A DNA stretch of 64,000 bases from the IMG/VR virus record IMGVR_UViG_3300044981_000350, positions 9,440-73,439 of that record. The stretch is one strand, 5' to 3'. Under the pieces are notes generated by a model that was not told where the DNA came from, did not search any database, and saw only the letters and a list, made by a program, of their open reading frames with translations. A program made the position numbers and the translations under genes. Source of the DNA: a virus. Of the stretch, positions 8,857 to 18,079 are shown piece after piece. Every line of letters starts with the position of its first letter. Position 1 is the first letter of the stretch.

Positions 8857-11463
8857 GTGACGCCGGAACCATCGAGTAGGCGCTTGGCCGTTTACGATCC
8901 GGTTGCGTACGGCGCCGAGTGTCACCGCTGCGTTTTGAAGGACGCAACGCCGGTGCCACCCACGCCCGCGGCGAACGGCAAGCCACGCCTCATCATCGTG
9001 GGCGAAGGTCCCGGCAGCGTTGAAGTAAACCGCGGTGAGTGCTTCATCGGCCCAAGTGGCAGGATGCTCAACGGGGTCTTGCGCCAGGTCGGGTTCGATC
9101 GAAGTGAAGCGCACATCACCAACGCGACCCTTTGCAAACCGGAACGTGACTCGGATGTGAAAGAGGCGATCCCCTGCTGCGCGCCCCGGCTCGCGCGGGA
9201 GTTATCCCAATTGGATCCCGCGGTGCCGATCCTGGCCCTCGGAGCCCCGGCTACGCGGGTGACGTTGGGCAAAGCCGGGATCATGAAGGCCCGCGGGTTC
9301 GTTTGGCACTCACCCGAGATCCGGGAGACCGCGTTGAGGGCCGTCGACCGCCGGATCGAAAAGGCAAAGGCTGTGTTGGAGACAGCCACGAAGAAGACCA
9401 AGGCCAAGCTCGAGGTCAGTTTGGGCAAGGCCCTCGACTCGGCCGCCTTACTCCACGCCCGCGCTCTGTTGGCCGGACGCGTGGTTATTCCAAGCATCCA
9501 CCCGGCGTTTGTTCTCCGCGGTGCGGACGGCCACTTGCCGCTGTTGCGTATCGACATCGACCGTGCGGTGCGTTGGGCGCGCAAGCCGTTCCCGCTGGTC
9601 GACAAGGGGCCCTACCAAGTCGTCACGACGGTGAAGGCAGCCAAGGCTGCGCTGGCGTCGTTCAGTAAAACCGTCGTGGTCGACATCGAAACCGATGGGG
9701 TCGACCCGACCACGGCGGAGATGACCTGCGTAGGCATCTGCGACGTCGGCAACGTAAAAAAAGCGTTGCTTCTCGACCCGTGGAAGAAGGCTTTCGTTCC
9801 GGTCGTGCGTGACTTCTTGAAGAGCCGTACCGTCGTGACGCAGAACGGCCCCCAGTTCGATACCATCGTGCTCCGCCGCTACGGGATCCACTTCGGCCAA
9901 AACGAAGACACGCTCGTAGCCCACCACGCCTTCGCTTCCCACCTCCCCAAGTCCCTCGCGCACATGGGAAGCGTCTATACCGACTGCGGCCCATGGAAAC
10001 AGAAGTTCAAAGACGGGGCTGAGAAGGGGATCGCTGGGTTCGGGGTCAAGAAGGAAGACCTCGCGGAGTATTGCGCCGCCGACGTTCGGATCACCGCGCT
10101 CGTGTGGAAACGTATGGCCCCCGACTTGGCCCCGGAGCGGCGGGTGTATGAGCTCGACATGAAGATGGCGGAGATGTACCGCCGCATGACCGAGCGGGGG
10201 ATCCGCATCGACGAGGGTCGCCGACGCGAGCTCTCCCGAAAGATGAAGTTCCGCGCGGCCGCGTTGCTTGGTGAGATGCGGTCCCTCCTCAACCAACGCG
10301 AGTTTCATCCCCGGCGAGTCGCAGACATAAGGTATGCACTCTTTCAACAATTGAAGGCACCTACCTACCTTGCGCCGCCGACCCCTACGGGCCTCCCGGC
10401 GGCCAACGCGGCTGTTTTGGAGAAGCTCAAGGCCGGCACCAACGACGCGGCCACGCTGGCCGACTACATCATCCGGTGGCGTAGCGCGAACGACGTCCGG
10501 GCGGAGTACCTCGACAACGTCGTGGCCGGGGCCGACGGGCGCGTACACGCTGGGTGGGGTTTGGGGCCGGTCACTGGAAGGCCGCGCTGTAGGGGCCCGA
10601 ATCTGCTGAACACTCCACGCATGGAGTACTGCCCCGGGTGCGGCTCGATGCTCGTCGACGGGATGACCCACAAAGAGACCTGCAAGCCAAAGAAACGGAG
10701 GGACCCGCAACCGGAGGCGCAGATCCGTGATGTGTACATCCCGGCCGAGGGCTGCGTGTTTGTTTACTTCGACCTCTCCCAAGCCGAGATGCGGTTCGCC
10801 GCGAACATCAGCGGCGATGCGGCCTTCATCGAATCGTGCAAAGGTGATGTGCACGCCGGCAACGCGAAGATCATCTTCGGGGGTATCCCCGCGGCCGTCG
10901 AGGCCTTGGAGAAAGACCCGAAGGGTGCTGGCAAGAAGTTCCGCGACGTGGCGAAAAATTGCGGGTTCGCGATCAGCTACCTGGCCGAGGCCGAGAAGCT
11001 TTTCATGCACCTCATCGAACACGGCTTCGATGTCGACATGGCGGTGTGCTCGGACATCATCAGCCGCATACACTCGGCGTACTGGCGCTACTACGAGTTC
11101 GTGGAGGAAAATGTTCGCCTTTGCAAGAAGCAGGGCTTCCTCCGAACGCCGTTCTTGGGGCGTAAGAGGTGGTTGGGTTATTATCCTAAACCTACAGAAT
11201 GCGCCAACGCGCCTATCCAATCAGGTGTTGCGGATATCATGGGGTGGCGTCTCCTCGACATCGAGTCGCGGCTGCCCCCAAGCTGCCACCAGTTGATTTA
11301 TGCGTACGATGCTGCGATTTACGAGGTGCCATCGGCGCGCATCAAGGAGGTAGAGGATTTGCTCGAGGAGGTTTGGGCCGAACCCGTCAAGTTGCCGGAC
11401 GGCCGAACGTTCATGCAACCGATCGACCGAAAGGTTGGCGATCGGTGGAGCTACTTTGGCTAG
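8857..11463 (+). CDS. family A DNA polymerase with N-terminal family-4 UDG-like domain and 3'-5' exonuclease
   Basis: UDG: CxxC, IVGEGPG, FIGPSG, TNATLCKP, HPAFVLR. Exo: DIETDG, NGPQFD, YCAAD. Pol: DLSQAEMR, RDVAKNCGFAISY, YDA. Confidence 0.9.
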   Translation: MTPEPSSRRLAVYDPVAYGAECHRCVLKDATPVPPTPAANGKPRLIIVGEGPGSVEVNRGECFIGPSGRMLNGVLRQVGFDRSEAHITNATLCKPERDSDVKEAIPCCAPRLARELSQLDPAVPILALGAPATRVTLGKAGIMKARGFVWHSPEIRETALRAVDRRIEKAKAVLETATKKTKAKLEVSLGKALDSAALLHARALLAGRVVIPSIHPAFVLRGADGHLPLLRIDIDRAVRWARKPFPLVDKGPYQVVTTVKAAKAALASFSKTVVVDIETDGVDPTTAEMTCVGICDVGNVKKALLLDPWKKAFVPVVRDFLKSRTVVTQNGPQFDTIVLRRYGIHFGQNEDTLVAHHAFASHLPKSLAHMGSVYTDCGPWKQKFKDGAEKGIAGFGVKKEDLAEYCAADVRITALVWKRMAPDLAPERRVYELDMKMAEMYRRMTERGIRIDEGRRRELSRKMKFRAAALLGEMRSLLNQREFHPRRVADIRYALFQQLKAPTYLAPPTPTGLPAANAAVLEKLKAGTNDAATLADYIIRWRSANDVRAEYLDNVVAGADGRVHAGWGLGPVTGRPRCRGPNLLNTPRMEYCPGCGSMLVDGMTHKETCKPKKRRDPQPEAQIRDVYIPAEGCVFVYFDLSQAEMRFAANISGDAAFIESCKGDVHAGNAKIIFGGIPAAVEALEKDPKGAGKKFRDVAKNCGFAISYLAEAEKLFMHLIEHGFDVDMAVCSDIISRIHSAYWRYYEFVEENVRLCKKQGFLRTPFLGRKRWLGYYPKPTECANAPIQSGVADIMGWRLLDIESRLPPSCHQLIYAYDAAIYEVPSARIKEVEDLLEEVWAEPVKLPDGRTFMQPIDRKVGDRWSYFG

Positions 11464-11476
11464 GAGGACAAAATCG

Positions 11477-12001
11477 ATGATTATTACACTCTGTGGCAGT
11501 GCGCGTTTCGAGCCTTGGTTTCACGCTTGGAACGAGGCGCTTTCACTCTCGGGGCACGTCGTGTTCGGCCTCGCGTCGTACCCGTCACTTCATAGCGGCG
11601 AAAAGAATTGGTATACCCACGAGGAGAAACAGATCCTCGACGAGGTGCACCGCGGCAAGATCGACGCTTCGCACGCGGTGCTTTTCCTCAACGTGATGGC
11701 CTACATGGGCGAGTCGACGTTGAACGAGTTCGGGTACGCCAAGGCGCAGAAGAAGCAGATCCTCTTTCTTGAGTCGTGGGGTGAAGGCTACGGCATCGGC
11801 GGAAACCATTACCAGCACATTCAGGATGCTTTCGTGCGCTTCGGGCTGAAGGGCGGATCTCCGATCGACACGAGCATCTACCCGGCGATGGGTCTTTGGG
11901 ATCTGCTCCCGCCCGGCGGCGCACTGCGTAGTGGGATCGTTCATCGGATCGAAACGCGAGTGAATTTGGCGCTCGGGAGGCCGGCAAATGACATGCGATA
12001 A
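11477..12001 (+). CDS. nucleoside 2-deoxyribosyltransferase-like protein
   Basis: AGGAGG RBS; IITLCGS, HRGKIDASHAVLFLN..YMGEST.NE..YA. Confidence 0.65.
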   Translation: MIITLCGSARFEPWFHAWNEALSLSGHVVFGLASYPSLHSGEKNWYTHEEKQILDEVHRGKIDASHAVLFLNVMAYMGESTLNEFGYAKAQKKQILFLESWGEGYGIGGNHYQHIQDAFVRFGLKGGSPIDTSIYPAMGLWDLLPPGGALRSGIVHRIETRVNLALGRPANDMR

Positions 12002-12260
12002 GGTTCGAGAGATCATCACCGCCTATGCCGTGGAGCTTCGCAAGTGGCCCGGCGGCCCCGAGCGGATCATCGACAAACCACTCACCGAGGCTAACTGCCG
12101 AAACCATCTCCTCTACATGTGCGATGAGCTCCTTACCTGGGGCGACGAACGCAAGGAGAAGATGATGCGGTGGCTCGGGTTCATCCAAGGGGTGCTCGCG
12201 ATGGTTGAACGGACACCGGTCGAGGTTCTGAAGGAGACCAACAAGCCGATTGGCGCTTGA
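11988..12260 (+). CDS. phage hypothetical protein
   Basis: HLLYMC...KMMRWLGFIQGVL motif. Confidence 0.6.
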   Translation: MTCDKVREIITAYAVELRKWPGGPERIIDKPLTEANCRNHLLYMCDELLTWGDERKEKMMRWLGFIQGVLAMVERTPVEVLKETNKPIGA

Positions 12261-12295
12261 CGAATCGACCGGGCTGGTCAATATAGGAGGCGACG

Positions 12296-12583
12296 ATGGC
12301 GAACGGCGGACGCAAACCCGACTTCAACCTCTCGGCGAAACCGCGCGATGGCCGGCCGGGCAACAAGGTCGGTGCGGGCTGGATCAACGATGATGGATCG
12401 ATCTCGATCGCGCTCAACGTCGGCGTGACCCTCTCGTGGAACGACGATCTGTTCCTGGGGCTCTTCCCCGTCGAGGGTCGGGCAAATCGGCGTACGCCGG
12501 GGCCGGCGGTGACCCGAACTCAGGTCGCGGATGAAGGTGGGTTCGAGCCGGACATGGATCCGCCGTTCGGGGTGACCCGATGA
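12296..12583 (+). CDS. small SSB-like/DUF736-like protein
   Basis: KVGAGWINDDGSISIALN; acidic tail with DPPF; AGGAGG RBS. Confidence 0.55.
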   Translation: MANGGRKPDFNLSAKPRDGRPGNKVGAGWINDDGSISIALNVGVTLSWNDDLFLGLFPVEGRANRRTPGPAVTRTQVADEGGFEPDMDPPFGVTR

Positions 12584-12811
12584 TGATCTTGATCTGTTAC
12601 CTCGGTGGGTTCTTGGCGTCGTGGGCCGCTCTCTTCGCGTGCGATTGGTCGCAGCGCGAGGTCGGAGAGCGGATGCCGTGGAGCGATTTGGTTTTGAACA
12701 CTCTCGCTACGGCGCTATGGCCGCTGTTGGCCCCTGGGGTGTTGATTGTCATCGCCGGGTACGAAGCGGTATTGTGGTGGAGCCGCATGCGGCTACGTCG
12801 AGGAGCCGACC

Positions 12812-14143
12812 GTGGTTGACAAAAAGCTCACGGTCGACGATCTCTCGCCGGACCAGCGTGAGGTCTACGATGCGATGATCGGGTGGGCCGAGGGTAAAGG
12901 CAGCGTCGGTGTGCTCCTTCGCCGATGTCAAGAGGGCGGCGGGCTGTTTACAGTTGGAGGTTTGGCGGGAACGGGGAAGACAACCCTCCTCGGCGTGTTC
13001 GCCGCCACCACCGACCTCCTTTGTGCGTATGTAACCCTGACCGGCCGGGCCTCATCTATTTTGCGCCGCAAGCTTCGCGCGGCCGGTGCGGCCACCACCG
13101 ATTGCATGCGGCCGGCCGAAAACTCCCGCGGTGGCGGCCCCGGGGTTGACCCCCATTTGCCTTACTCGAGCGGCCCCGCGTTCGTCGGAACCATCCACCG
13201 GCTTTGCTACCGCCCCATTCTCTCGCCCGAGGAGGAGGTGCTCGGCTGGACCAAACGGACAGCCCTGGATCGTAAGTATGATCTGATCATCATCGACGAA
13301 GCCTCGATGGTGGGCGGCGAGATGCTTCGCGACCTGCAAGCCTACGGTGTTCCGATCCTAGCGGTCGGCGACCACGGGCAGCTCCCGCCGGTGATGGATT
13401 CGGGCGAGTTGATGAAAAACCCCGAACTCCGGCTGGAGAAGATCCATCGGCAGGCGGAGGGCAATTTGATCATCAAACTCGCCCACGAAGTGCGTACCAC
13501 GGGGCGGTTCTCGATGCCGCGGGTTGCGCCAGCCCCCCGCGATGTTCGGTTCGTGCAAAAACGTGATGTGGTAGGGGTAGTGGCCGACGCCTTCACGGGA
13601 GGTTTCGATGGCGATGCGCCAAGCCCTCTGAATGTCGGTGTTCTTTGTTGGACTAATCGAAGTAGGGTCTCCCTCAATGCTATGGCGCGGAAGTCGCTCG
13701 GCATCTCCGGCCCGCCGCGTAAGGGTGAGCCGCTGATCTGCCTCAAAAACAAAAGCCCGGTGTTCAACGGGATGCGCGGCTTGCTCACCGAGGATTCCGC
13801 CGAGGGCTCGCCGCCGTGGATCTTGAACGCCACCCTTGAGTTTCCCGACGAAGGGTTGCCGCCGACGGCCTATCAGATGTGCGCACCGCAGTTCTGCCGC
13901 GAGACCGTCTTCAAGAGCGTCGAGGAGATGCGCGACCGCGGGATCAAAACGAACACGCTCACTGGCGCGGGGATGTTCATGGATTTTGGCTGGGCGATGA
14001 CGGTCCACAAAAGCCAAGGCTCGAGTTGGCCTCACGTAATCTTCTACGTGGATCGTCCGGTGAAACCCGATAGCGACGACTGGCGTAGGTTCGCCTACAC
14101 TGCGATCACCCGCAGTGCGGAGCGGCTTACGATCGTCCTATGA
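12812..14143 (+). CDS. RecD/Dda-like SF1 helicase
   Basis: GLAGTGKT, TIHRL, IIIDEASM, VGDHGQLPPV, IHRQ, AMTVHKSQGS, YTAITR. Confidence 0.9.
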   Translation: MVDKKLTVDDLSPDQREVYDAMIGWAEGKGSVGVLLRRCQEGGGLFTVGGLAGTGKTTLLGVFAATTDLLCAYVTLTGRASSILRRKLRAAGAATTDCMRPAENSRGGGPGVDPHLPYSSGPAFVGTIHRLCYRPILSPEEEVLGWTKRTALDRKYDLIIIDEASMVGGEMLRDLQAYGVPILAVGDHGQLPPVMDSGELMKNPELRLEKIHRQAEGNLIIKLAHEVRTTGRFSMPRVAPAPRDVRFVQKRDVVGVVADAFTGGFDGDAPSPLNVGVLCWTNRSRVSLNAMARKSLGISGPPRKGEPLICLKNKSPVFNGMRGLLTEDSAEGSPPWILNATLEFPDEGLPPTAYQMCAPQFCRETVFKSVEEMRDRGIKTNTLTGAGMFMDFGWAMTVHKSQGSSWPHVIFYVDRPVKPDSDDWRRFAYTAITRSAERLTIVL

Positions 14144-14652
14144 GGTGGTTACCGATTCGAGACTATGAAGATCTCTACGAGATCGCCGAGAACGGTCGGG
14201 TACGGCGAGCTTCCGATAGTGCACGGGCGCCTACGGGGTTTGAGCAGCAACAAGCGCTGAATAAGAAGGGTTACCCTACCGTCGGTCTGTCACGAGATGG
14301 GTTTTGCCGTTCGTTTACTACTCATCGGCTTGTAGCGATGATGTTCATCGGGCCAAAACCGAAGGGCACACAAGTCAACCACATCGACGGCGTCAAAACG
14401 AACAACCACTGGCGTAACCTAGAGTACGTGACGTGTAAGCAGAATATCCGTCATGCGGTAGACAACGGGTTGCGGGGTAACTTCAAAGGAACAGCAAACG
14501 GGTGCGCGAAGATCACGGAGGAGGACATCCCGGTGATTCGGGCGGCCTGCGCTTCGGGTGAGTCTCAATCTTCGGTGGGTCGACGCTACGGGTTGACCCA
14601 GGCGAACGTAAGTATGATCGTCCTTCGACGGACGTGGAGCCATGTATTATGA
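14140..14652 (+). CDS. NUMOD4-HNH homing endonuclease
   Basis: WLPIRDYEDLYEI..GRV, HRLVA..F, VNHIDGVKTNN..NLEYVT..QN; lower GC than neighbours. Confidence 0.9.
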   Translation: MRWLPIRDYEDLYEIAENGRVRRASDSARAPTGFEQQQALNKKGYPTVGLSRDGFCRSFTTHRLVAMMFIGPKPKGTQVNHIDGVKTNNHWRNLEYVTCKQNIRHAVDNGLRGNFKGTANGCAKITEEDIPVIRAACASGESQSSVGRRYGLTQANVSMIVLRRTWSHVL

Positions 14653-15140
14653 GCGCGATGCCAAAGCAGAGACCCGGCCTCTCGAAGCAGGACTACGCTA
14701 CGCCGCCCGAGTTCATCGCCGCAGTGAAGAAGCGGTTCGGGATTCGCGAATTCGCGTACGACTTGGCGGCCTCGAAGGAAAACACCAAGGCACGTCATTT
14801 CTTTTGCAAAGAGCAGGACACGCTCAAGCAAGACTGGACAAAGCTGAAGGGCGATCTTTGGCTCAACCCCGAGTACGCGCACATCGCGCCCTACGCGGAG
14901 AAGTGCGCGGCGTCGGCACCGCCTGGCGTAGGTCACATACGGCGGATCTTTTTTCTAGTGCCCGCCGGCGTCGGTGCGAACTGGTTCGCGCAGCACGTCG
15001 ACGGCAAGGCGCTGGTGCTTCTCCTCAACGGGCGGATCTCGTTCGACGGTAAGGCACCTTATCCAAAGGATTGTATCCTGGCCGTGTTTGGCCCAAAGCC
15101 CGGCTACGAAGTGTGGTCGTGGGCGAAAGGATCAAAATGA
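14649..15140 (+). CDS. phage DNA N6-adenine methyltransferase (Dam-like)
   Basis: YATPPEF, YDLAAS..N, WLNPEY (NPPY variant), FLVPA, GRISF. Confidence 0.75.
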   Translation: MSAMPKQRPGLSKQDYATPPEFIAAVKKRFGIREFAYDLAASKENTKARHFFCKEQDTLKQDWTKLKGDLWLNPEYAHIAPYAEKCAASAPPGVGHIRRIFFLVPAGVGANWFAQHVDGKALVLLLNGRISFDGKAPYPKDCILAVFGPKPGYEVWSWAKGSK

Positions 15141-15360
15141 ACCCGTTCGGAAACATGGGCTGCCTCGACGCCGCACCGGCACCCTTTCACTCGCGGCTCA
15201 ATTTCCGGTGCTGCTACTGCGGCGCCACCGGTTCTCGCAATGAGAGCTACCATGCGCAACCCGGGTGCGTTCCGGGCTTTTTCGACAAGTGCCCGACGTG
15301 CCATTCGATCGACGTTGAAGTGGTCGATCCGGCGATTTATGGCGGTGCGGAGGAACCCTC

Positions 15361-15996
15361 GTGAACGATCCGTTCCCTTGCGAAACGAAGGTCGAAGGCG
15401 TTCAATGCGCCGGTCATGCGACCCACGTCTACCGCTCGGCCAGTGCGACGCGGCTCATCTGCGATGAGTGCGCGACGGCCTACCGCCTAGCGGCAAAGGG
15501 ACCCCGCAAGCTCGCGGTGGTCGAATTCAGCTTGCTGGAGTTGATCCCGGCCCGGGAATATCTTCTGGGCCAGGTCGAGACCATGCGGATGGCGCGGGAT
15601 TCGGCGGAAGATGTAGCTCGGAAGGCGAAGCAAACCGCAAGCGATGCGACCGCACTGGCGCGAGGATTCGAATCAGGAAGGGAAAAAGCCATGACCGAAG
15701 CCCAAGAAGCGTGGGCCAACATCGACAAGATGCATCAGAGCCTCGCTCGCGCCGTGGCCCTCTCGAGGGTTCATCGAAACGCCGAGGACATGACGAACCG
15801 ATGGGTGCTTTGGGGCGATGCCATGACGATCGCGCTCGCGGTCACGGCGCAGATCATCTGGGGTGGGTACGTCGGCCCTCTCGTGTTCGGCGGCGGCGCC
15901 TTTCTGGTCTACGGGGTGGTTCGGTTTGTAGTCATCCGGGCGTACACGCGGCCGGCGCTCGCGAAGTTGAACGCGAGCGCGGAGGATTTGCAATGA
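15361..15996 (+). CDS. membrane protein with Cys-rich N-terminus and coiled coil
   Basis: CDEC motif and two C-terminal hydrophobic segments. Confidence 0.55.
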   Translation: MNDPFPCETKVEGVQCAGHATHVYRSASATRLICDECATAYRLAAKGPRKLAVVEFSLLELIPAREYLLGQVETMRMARDSAEDVARKAKQTASDATALARGFESGREKAMTEAQEAWANIDKMHQSLARAVALSRVHRNAEDMTNRWVLWGDAMTIALAVTAQIIWGGYVGPLVFGGGAFLVYGVVRFVVIRAYTRPALAKLNASAEDLQ

Positions 15997-16399
15997 GTTC
16001 GATTTGGGTTTGTGATTGGCCCGACGGCGGCAAGCAATGCGGCGAGCGTGCCGAATGGTTTCTCGATCAGGGGTCAACCCACCGACCGGTTTGCGGGCGG
16101 TGTCTCAATTTGGTGCCGCAGCCGTGCGACCACCGCGCCATCATTGCGATCGACCCGACGAAGGTGCCGGGGCCGACGTTCGTGGCGCCGCCGGATCCGT
16201 GGGCGGGCCCGCAGACGGTTCATACCTCGGGCGCGGCGTTCATTTCGGATCGGCCCGCAAACCCGCCTGGGCCGCCGCCGGGATTCGGGGCGATGCCGCC
16301 GGCGCAACCGAGTCGACCGCCGTTGAAGGACGCCTTCGCGGATTTGGCGTCGGCGCTTTTTTCGTTGGGCCTTGAGAAGGTGAAGGAGTGGAAGAGTCG

Positions 16400-16723
16400 A
16401 TGAAGAGCCTCAACGAGTTACGCGATGAGGCCTTCCGCATCGCGACGGAGCATGGCTTCACGGAGAATACAGTCGGCGAAGACATCGCCCTGATGCACTC
16501 TGAGCTCTCAGAGGCGCTCGAGGATTACCGCGCCGGCCGTCCCTTCGATAGGATGTGGCTCGACAACGGCAAGCCGTGCGGGATTCCCTCCGAGCTCGCC
16601 GATGTGGTCATCCGCGTTCTTCACTTCTGCGGGCGTCACGAAATCAACATCGAAGCGGCCGTCATCACGAAGATGGCCTACAACGAAACTCGGCCCTTCA
16701 AGCACGGGGGAAAGAAGATATGA
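16400..16723 (+). CDS. MazG-like nucleotide pyrophosphohydrolase
   Basis: IALMHSELSEALEDYR...SELADVVIR...KMAYNETRP. Confidence 0.85.
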   Translation: MKSLNELRDEAFRIATEHGFTENTVGEDIALMHSELSEALEDYRAGRPFDRMWLDNGKPCGIPSELADVVIRVLHFCGRHEINIEAAVITKMAYNETRPFKHGGKKI

Positions 16724-17337
16724 ACATCATCGGCCTCTCGGGTTTGGCGGGCAGCGGCAAGGGCGAAGCCGCAGCGGTTCTCGTAGCTCGCTTTGGGTTC
16801 GTGAAGGTTTCTCTCGCTGATGAGATCAAGCGGATCTGCGCCCGCGTCTACGGGTGGGGCCCCGGCCGCCTCTGGGGCCCGTCTGAACAACGCAACCTCC
16901 CCGACCCTGACCTCGGCGGATTGACCGCCCGTCGCGCCCTCCAACAGCTCGGCACCGAGTGGGGCCGCGCGATGTACGAAAACACGTGGGTCAACCTTGC
17001 CCTCCGCGATGCGCGGCAGGTGCTCGCCGGGCTTGATTACCACCCCCAAGAGGGGGTGACAGGCATAAATTCAACAGTTGAAACCAAGGGGGTCGTGATT
17101 GATGACTGCCGCTTCGGAAATGAAGTAGTGCAGATCCATGCCATCGGCGGTCGCGTGTGGCGTATCGATCGCCCCGGCGCCGGCCTTACCGGCAGCGCCG
17201 GAGCCCACGCGAGTGAAACCGGTATCGCCGACCTCCACGTCGACGGTATCATCCGCAACGACCGGTCGTTGGAGGATTTTCAAGAGACCGTCGAGCAGTT
17301 CGCCGAGATCGCCGGCTTCAAGATGGTGCCTCGATGA
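16720..17337 (+). CDS. deoxynucleoside monophosphate kinase
   Basis: IIGLSGLAGSGK, R.ALQQLGTEWGR, VIDDCRFGNE, HASE. Confidence 0.9.
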   Translation: MNIIGLSGLAGSGKGEAAAVLVARFGFVKVSLADEIKRICARVYGWGPGRLWGPSEQRNLPDPDLGGLTARRALQQLGTEWGRAMYENTWVNLALRDARQVLAGLDYHPQEGVTGINSTVETKGVVIDDCRFGNEVVQIHAIGGRVWRIDRPGAGLTGSAGAHASETGIADLHVDGIIRNDRSLEDFQETVEQFAEIAGFKMVPR

Positions 17338-18079
17338 GTACAAAGATCGGGGTGGTGGGGGCCGAAGGTCGGTTCGAAGTAGAAATTTGGGCGTCACGGG
17401 GTGGCGTCGAGATGCACGAGGGCCGGGCTGCTCCCTTAGTTTTAGGGGCCCTCATTGGACGCCGTTGTTGGGATCTTGCTGAAGCGAGGGCCTTTGCAGC
17501 GATGATTATCGCGGCTACCGAAGAGGTCGAACGGATGCGAAAGGCAGATCGATGAGGCATCCCCTCCTCAAAGCCGCCGAGGCCGCGCTTCGCAAAGATC
17601 CCGGCGAGGCCAACGGCCGCATGGCCGGCGCCCACGACGAGAAGGCTGCGGTGCTTCGTTTCATCCGTTCCTCATCCGCCCACTGGAACCGTGAGGCCAA
17701 CAAGTTCCGCGGCGCGCGCGTTCACGCTCTCGCCATTGACGCCGAGGCTCGGGCCGCCATCCTTGACCAGGTAGCGGTCGATATCGAGTACGGGCAACAT
17801 CGGCGCACGAGTGAGGGCTCATGAGCTCCGCACGCAAGGAGGCCCGCATGGAAGTGCTCGAGGCGGTTCGGCCGTTGATCGATCGGATCAGCGCCTGCCT
17901 CGTCGGGCACAACGTCGGCGTTGCGGCCTACGCCCTCATCAATTTGGCGGTCACGTGCTGGCGCAAGACGGGCCTCCCCGGACGAGGGCCTTCATGGGGT
18001 GGTGGATGAAGTCCTACAAGCCGCCAATGCGGTAGCTGCTGAGAACGCCGGGCGGAAGAACTGAGGGTATACTGAGGCC

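Noticed and set aside
9448-11220. 590-aa antisense ORF
   Set aside because: Shadow of the DNA polymerase gene caused by GC-rich codon bias
8143-16723. Z-genome (2-aminoadenine) pathway
   Set aside because: HD and MazG genes are present but no PurZ is visible, and the HD protein looks YfdR-like
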